NCBI GenBank assembly: GCA_024704765.1
Contig: JAKMXF010000233.1
Coordinates: forward strand, 248,001-312,000
DNA length: 64,000 bases
Reading direction: 5' to 3'
Source of the DNA: Oopsacas minuta
Taxonomy: Eukaryota; Animalia; Porifera
The position numbers were made by a program, and so were the translations under genes. The notes under the pieces are model-generated. The model saw nothing but the letters and a program-made list of their open reading frames with translations. It had not been told where the DNA came from and did no database searches. Of the stretch, positions 61,301-64,000 are shown piece after piece (within the stretch, counting starts at the first letter, position 1; every line of letters begins with the position of its first letter).

Positions 61301-63852
61301 GGTTAGTAGGCTAAATTAATAAAGGATTCGTTTAATTACATTCCATCTGCTCCCGTAGGTATCGTAGTACTGGTTGTAGCTTTACCAGAAGGATTACCAT
61401 TAGCTGTTGCTATCTCCCTATCATTCTCTGTACAGCGAATGCTGAAAGATCACAATTTAGTAAGAAAGTTCTACTCATGTGAGACTATGGGTAACGCTAC
61501 AACTATTTGTTCTGATAAAACCGGTACTCTAACTACTAATCGTATGACAGTTGTGAGGAGTTTCTTTAACCTCAAAGAACAATGTGGCACTCCTAAACTA
61601 TTATCTCTTACAAAGGAATTGATCGTGCAAGTTGCTTGTCTCTGTTCCAATTATGATTCTAAAATTGTACCTGTAAGTTATTTATAGTGTTTGAATACGT
61701 TTGGATGGTTCTGTTTCCGGTCAAGTGAACCGATTAATCGATTGCATAAACTTCAGTGACAACTCTATTTAGCGGAGTTTACTGTGTATTTTCATTTTTC
61801 CATAATTATTAAATTCTTAGTCATGATTGTTCCACGCGGACCATTTATAGCCTTACAGATCAAACTCAAATAGTTACAATGAAACCTCCACAAACTGCCC
61901 TGTGGAAACGGGTGAAAAGTTAATAGAGCGAATTCATAGTCCCATACAAATACAAATGAACTTCCATAAACTGGAAATCTGTCAGAAACGGTGAAGTATT
62001 TTTCGGCGTCCCTGACACCCTTTTTGTGGAACCTATGCTATAACACCTTAAGGAGATTCTCTAATAACATAGCAGAGTATTAATGCACTATAGTATATGT
62101 TTATCATATTTTCACGCTTTTTGTGATAATTCTAAAATTAGCTAGCATTTCTATTGCTACTAGTCATGTGTATTCGTGTTGTTTTGAAATTTACGATTTT
62201 GTAGCATGTAGAAGAGATAGATGATACTACACCTGGATTATTTACAAGATTCAAGTCTCTCATTAAGAAATGTAAGATTCGTACTAAACATAGAGGACAA
62301 GCAGACTTTACACAGGCTAAGTTAGAGGAGAAAGAAGCTCTACCTGATCAGCAGGGGAACAAGACAGAATGTGCTTTGTTACAGGTATGCTACTCTTGTA
62401 ATTATTATACAGTCAACTCCCGTGATATCGGAATACCCGCTTATATCGAAGCCTAAAATTGTACAAATATGGCCGCAAACCGTCAAAGTAAGACATATAT
62501 CACTGGTTATATCGATTTGATTATAGCGGTCCATTGAGCTTCGATATAACTACAGTTGACTAGGAGTTCGACATAAGTAATATAACCGGTAAATATATGT
62601 TACTTTGACGGTTTGCTGCCATATTTGTACAATTTTAGGCTTCGATATAAGCGGGTATTCCGATATCACGGGTGTTGACTGTATTTACAAATACTATATT
62701 ATATACAGATGGTCCTTGACATGGAAACTAACTATGATGAAGAGAGACAGAAATGCTGCGTGGAAGATCGTGTTAAAACGTTAGAATTCAGTTCAGTGCG
62801 TAAGAGCATGACTGTGGTAATCAACCACGTTAATGAGAATGGTGATAAATTCTATAGAGTGCTGACGAAGGGAGCATCTGAGAAAGTTCTGGATATGTGT
62901 AAATTCATACTTGATGAGAATGACAATGTTAGTGATTTGATTATATTGATTAGGTCCCTGTTAATAAGAAACTTGTTCAGCTCCACGTGGTGTACATCTA
63001 AGAATGCGGACGGTGTTTCATATATCATTATTTATGACGTATCATTAAGTGCCCAATTCATGGAAATTCAATGACTCAACTTGCAAATATGTTAATTAAG
63101 CGTGTTAAAGGCGATCTGTGAAGATAAAATCACTACTATTCACCCGTTAGTTGGTAAATATATTGTGTAGTTGAATTTCACTGATAGAATGGTGAAATAA
63201 TGATAATATTCATGTGACAGGTAAACGTAATGCGGGCAGTGGAGCTGAAACAAGTTTCCAACTAACAGTGCCTTAATATGCTATTTCACACCTTAGTGTT
63301 TTATTTAGGTGGTTAACTTGACTCCTGAGATCCGTAAAGTAATGACAGAGAATATTTCTAAGTTTGCTTCTCTAACACTCAGAACTATCTGTTTAGCCTA
63401 CAAGGATATTCCCGTGCCAGATGAGAGTAAGTATCTTTTATTTTTACAATTATTGAGTATAATTTTGTTGGTCAATTTCCGTTGAATCTTAATTCGAGAT
63501 TGGACCGACGGTCCCGGAAATCACGAAACCCAAGACACTTGTAGCAAGTCAGAACTTTAGATTATTCTTCTGGCAAGTGTCAGAAATGCTTACAATTGTT
63601 TCTTGCCCTATGATGTAATGTAGTAACGTTGCGAACCTAGATTTAATAAATGCCTCAGAATTATTGATATTAACACCATATTAGCAAAATTTATTGGAGT
63701 ATTAGCTATGTAGTAAAAGCATTATGGTTTGTATATTTTGTATTATAGCTGCTGCACAAGCTCTCCATCTCTCTCCATGGGATACAGACAATTTCCCTGA
63801 AGAAATGACCTGTATTGGTATAGTCGGTATCAAAGATCCTCTGAGGGATGAG
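58382..63852 (+). CDS. ATP2B: Plasma-membrane Ca2+-transporting ATPase (P2B/PMCA), first 10 exons; continues past the window
   Basis: Exons 58382-58761, 59057-59278, 60214-60353, 60690-60986, 61089-61301, 61359-61672, 62205-62384, 62709-62927, 63309-63426 and 63749-63852, phase-consistent. Motifs [69 protein letters not shown]. Family-level symbol only. Confidence 0.92.
58902..59026. mobile_element. hAT-type MITE in PMCA intron 1
   Basis: Flanks TTGTATTC / CTGTATTC (7 of 8 match, TSD-like); CAGCGG...CAGCTG termini; same core as 46494. Confidence 0.72.
62410..62681. mobile_element. Long-TIR copy of the CAGTCAACTCCCG MITE family in PMCA intron 7
   Basis: TA-flanked; ~80-bp arms (CAGTCAAC[TA]CCCGTGATATCGGAATACCCGCTTATATCGAAGCCTAAAATTGTACAAATATGGC[CA]GCAAACCGTCAAAGTAA) with 2 mismatches. 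Confidence 0.92.
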
Positions 63853-64000
63853 GTAGTTTATAATTCGTTTGAACTAATTCTACAATCTATGGTTAAATAG
63901 CTAATAAGCACTAGAGCTTACAATCCCGGAAGTTAATCTTTCGCATACAATATGGCGTCAAGTTTCTCATACGCCAATTTATTGTTGTTTTTATGAATAT

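Noticed and set aside
59279-62933. Repeated GTTAG(T/A) donors in PMCA and AAG acceptors in URI1 and the MRH gene as non-canonical splicing
   Set aside because: All obey GT-AG and differ from consensus at one position; within normal U2-type variation.

Overview
AT-rich, gene-dense eukaryotic (animal) genomic DNA with short GT-AG introns, many intronless housekeeping genes and abundant short DNA-transposon derivatives (MITEs). The gene set and compaction suggest an early-branching animal, plausibly a glass sponge; this is inference, not established from the sequence. Left to right: midasin 5' end (-), URI1 (+), a divergent pair of paralogous FN3-type membrane proteins, two degenerate Maf/CNC-like bZIP genes, an 8-exon G-protein alpha (-), a two-MRH-domain sorting receptor (-) whose first intron contains the whole epsilon-tubulin gene on the SAME strand, YPEL5 (-), a five-gene + strand run (MAGUK p55, CYP51, PSMB5, a-a'-D type PDI, MRPL12), an Egt2/LCD-like PLP lyase (-), two identical beta-thymosin genes in a perfect 641-bp inverted repeat, COG1 (+) and the first ten exons of a PMCA Ca2+-ATPase (+). 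Best leads: (1) TUBE1 nested on the same strand in an intron; (2) an unpaired splice-acceptor-like site 1-25 nt before the ATG of 13 housekeeping genes, suggesting spliced-leader trans-splicing and operon-like transcription; (3) the thymosin palindrome. All gene models were built by hand from splice sites and reading-frame phase; no database search was run.
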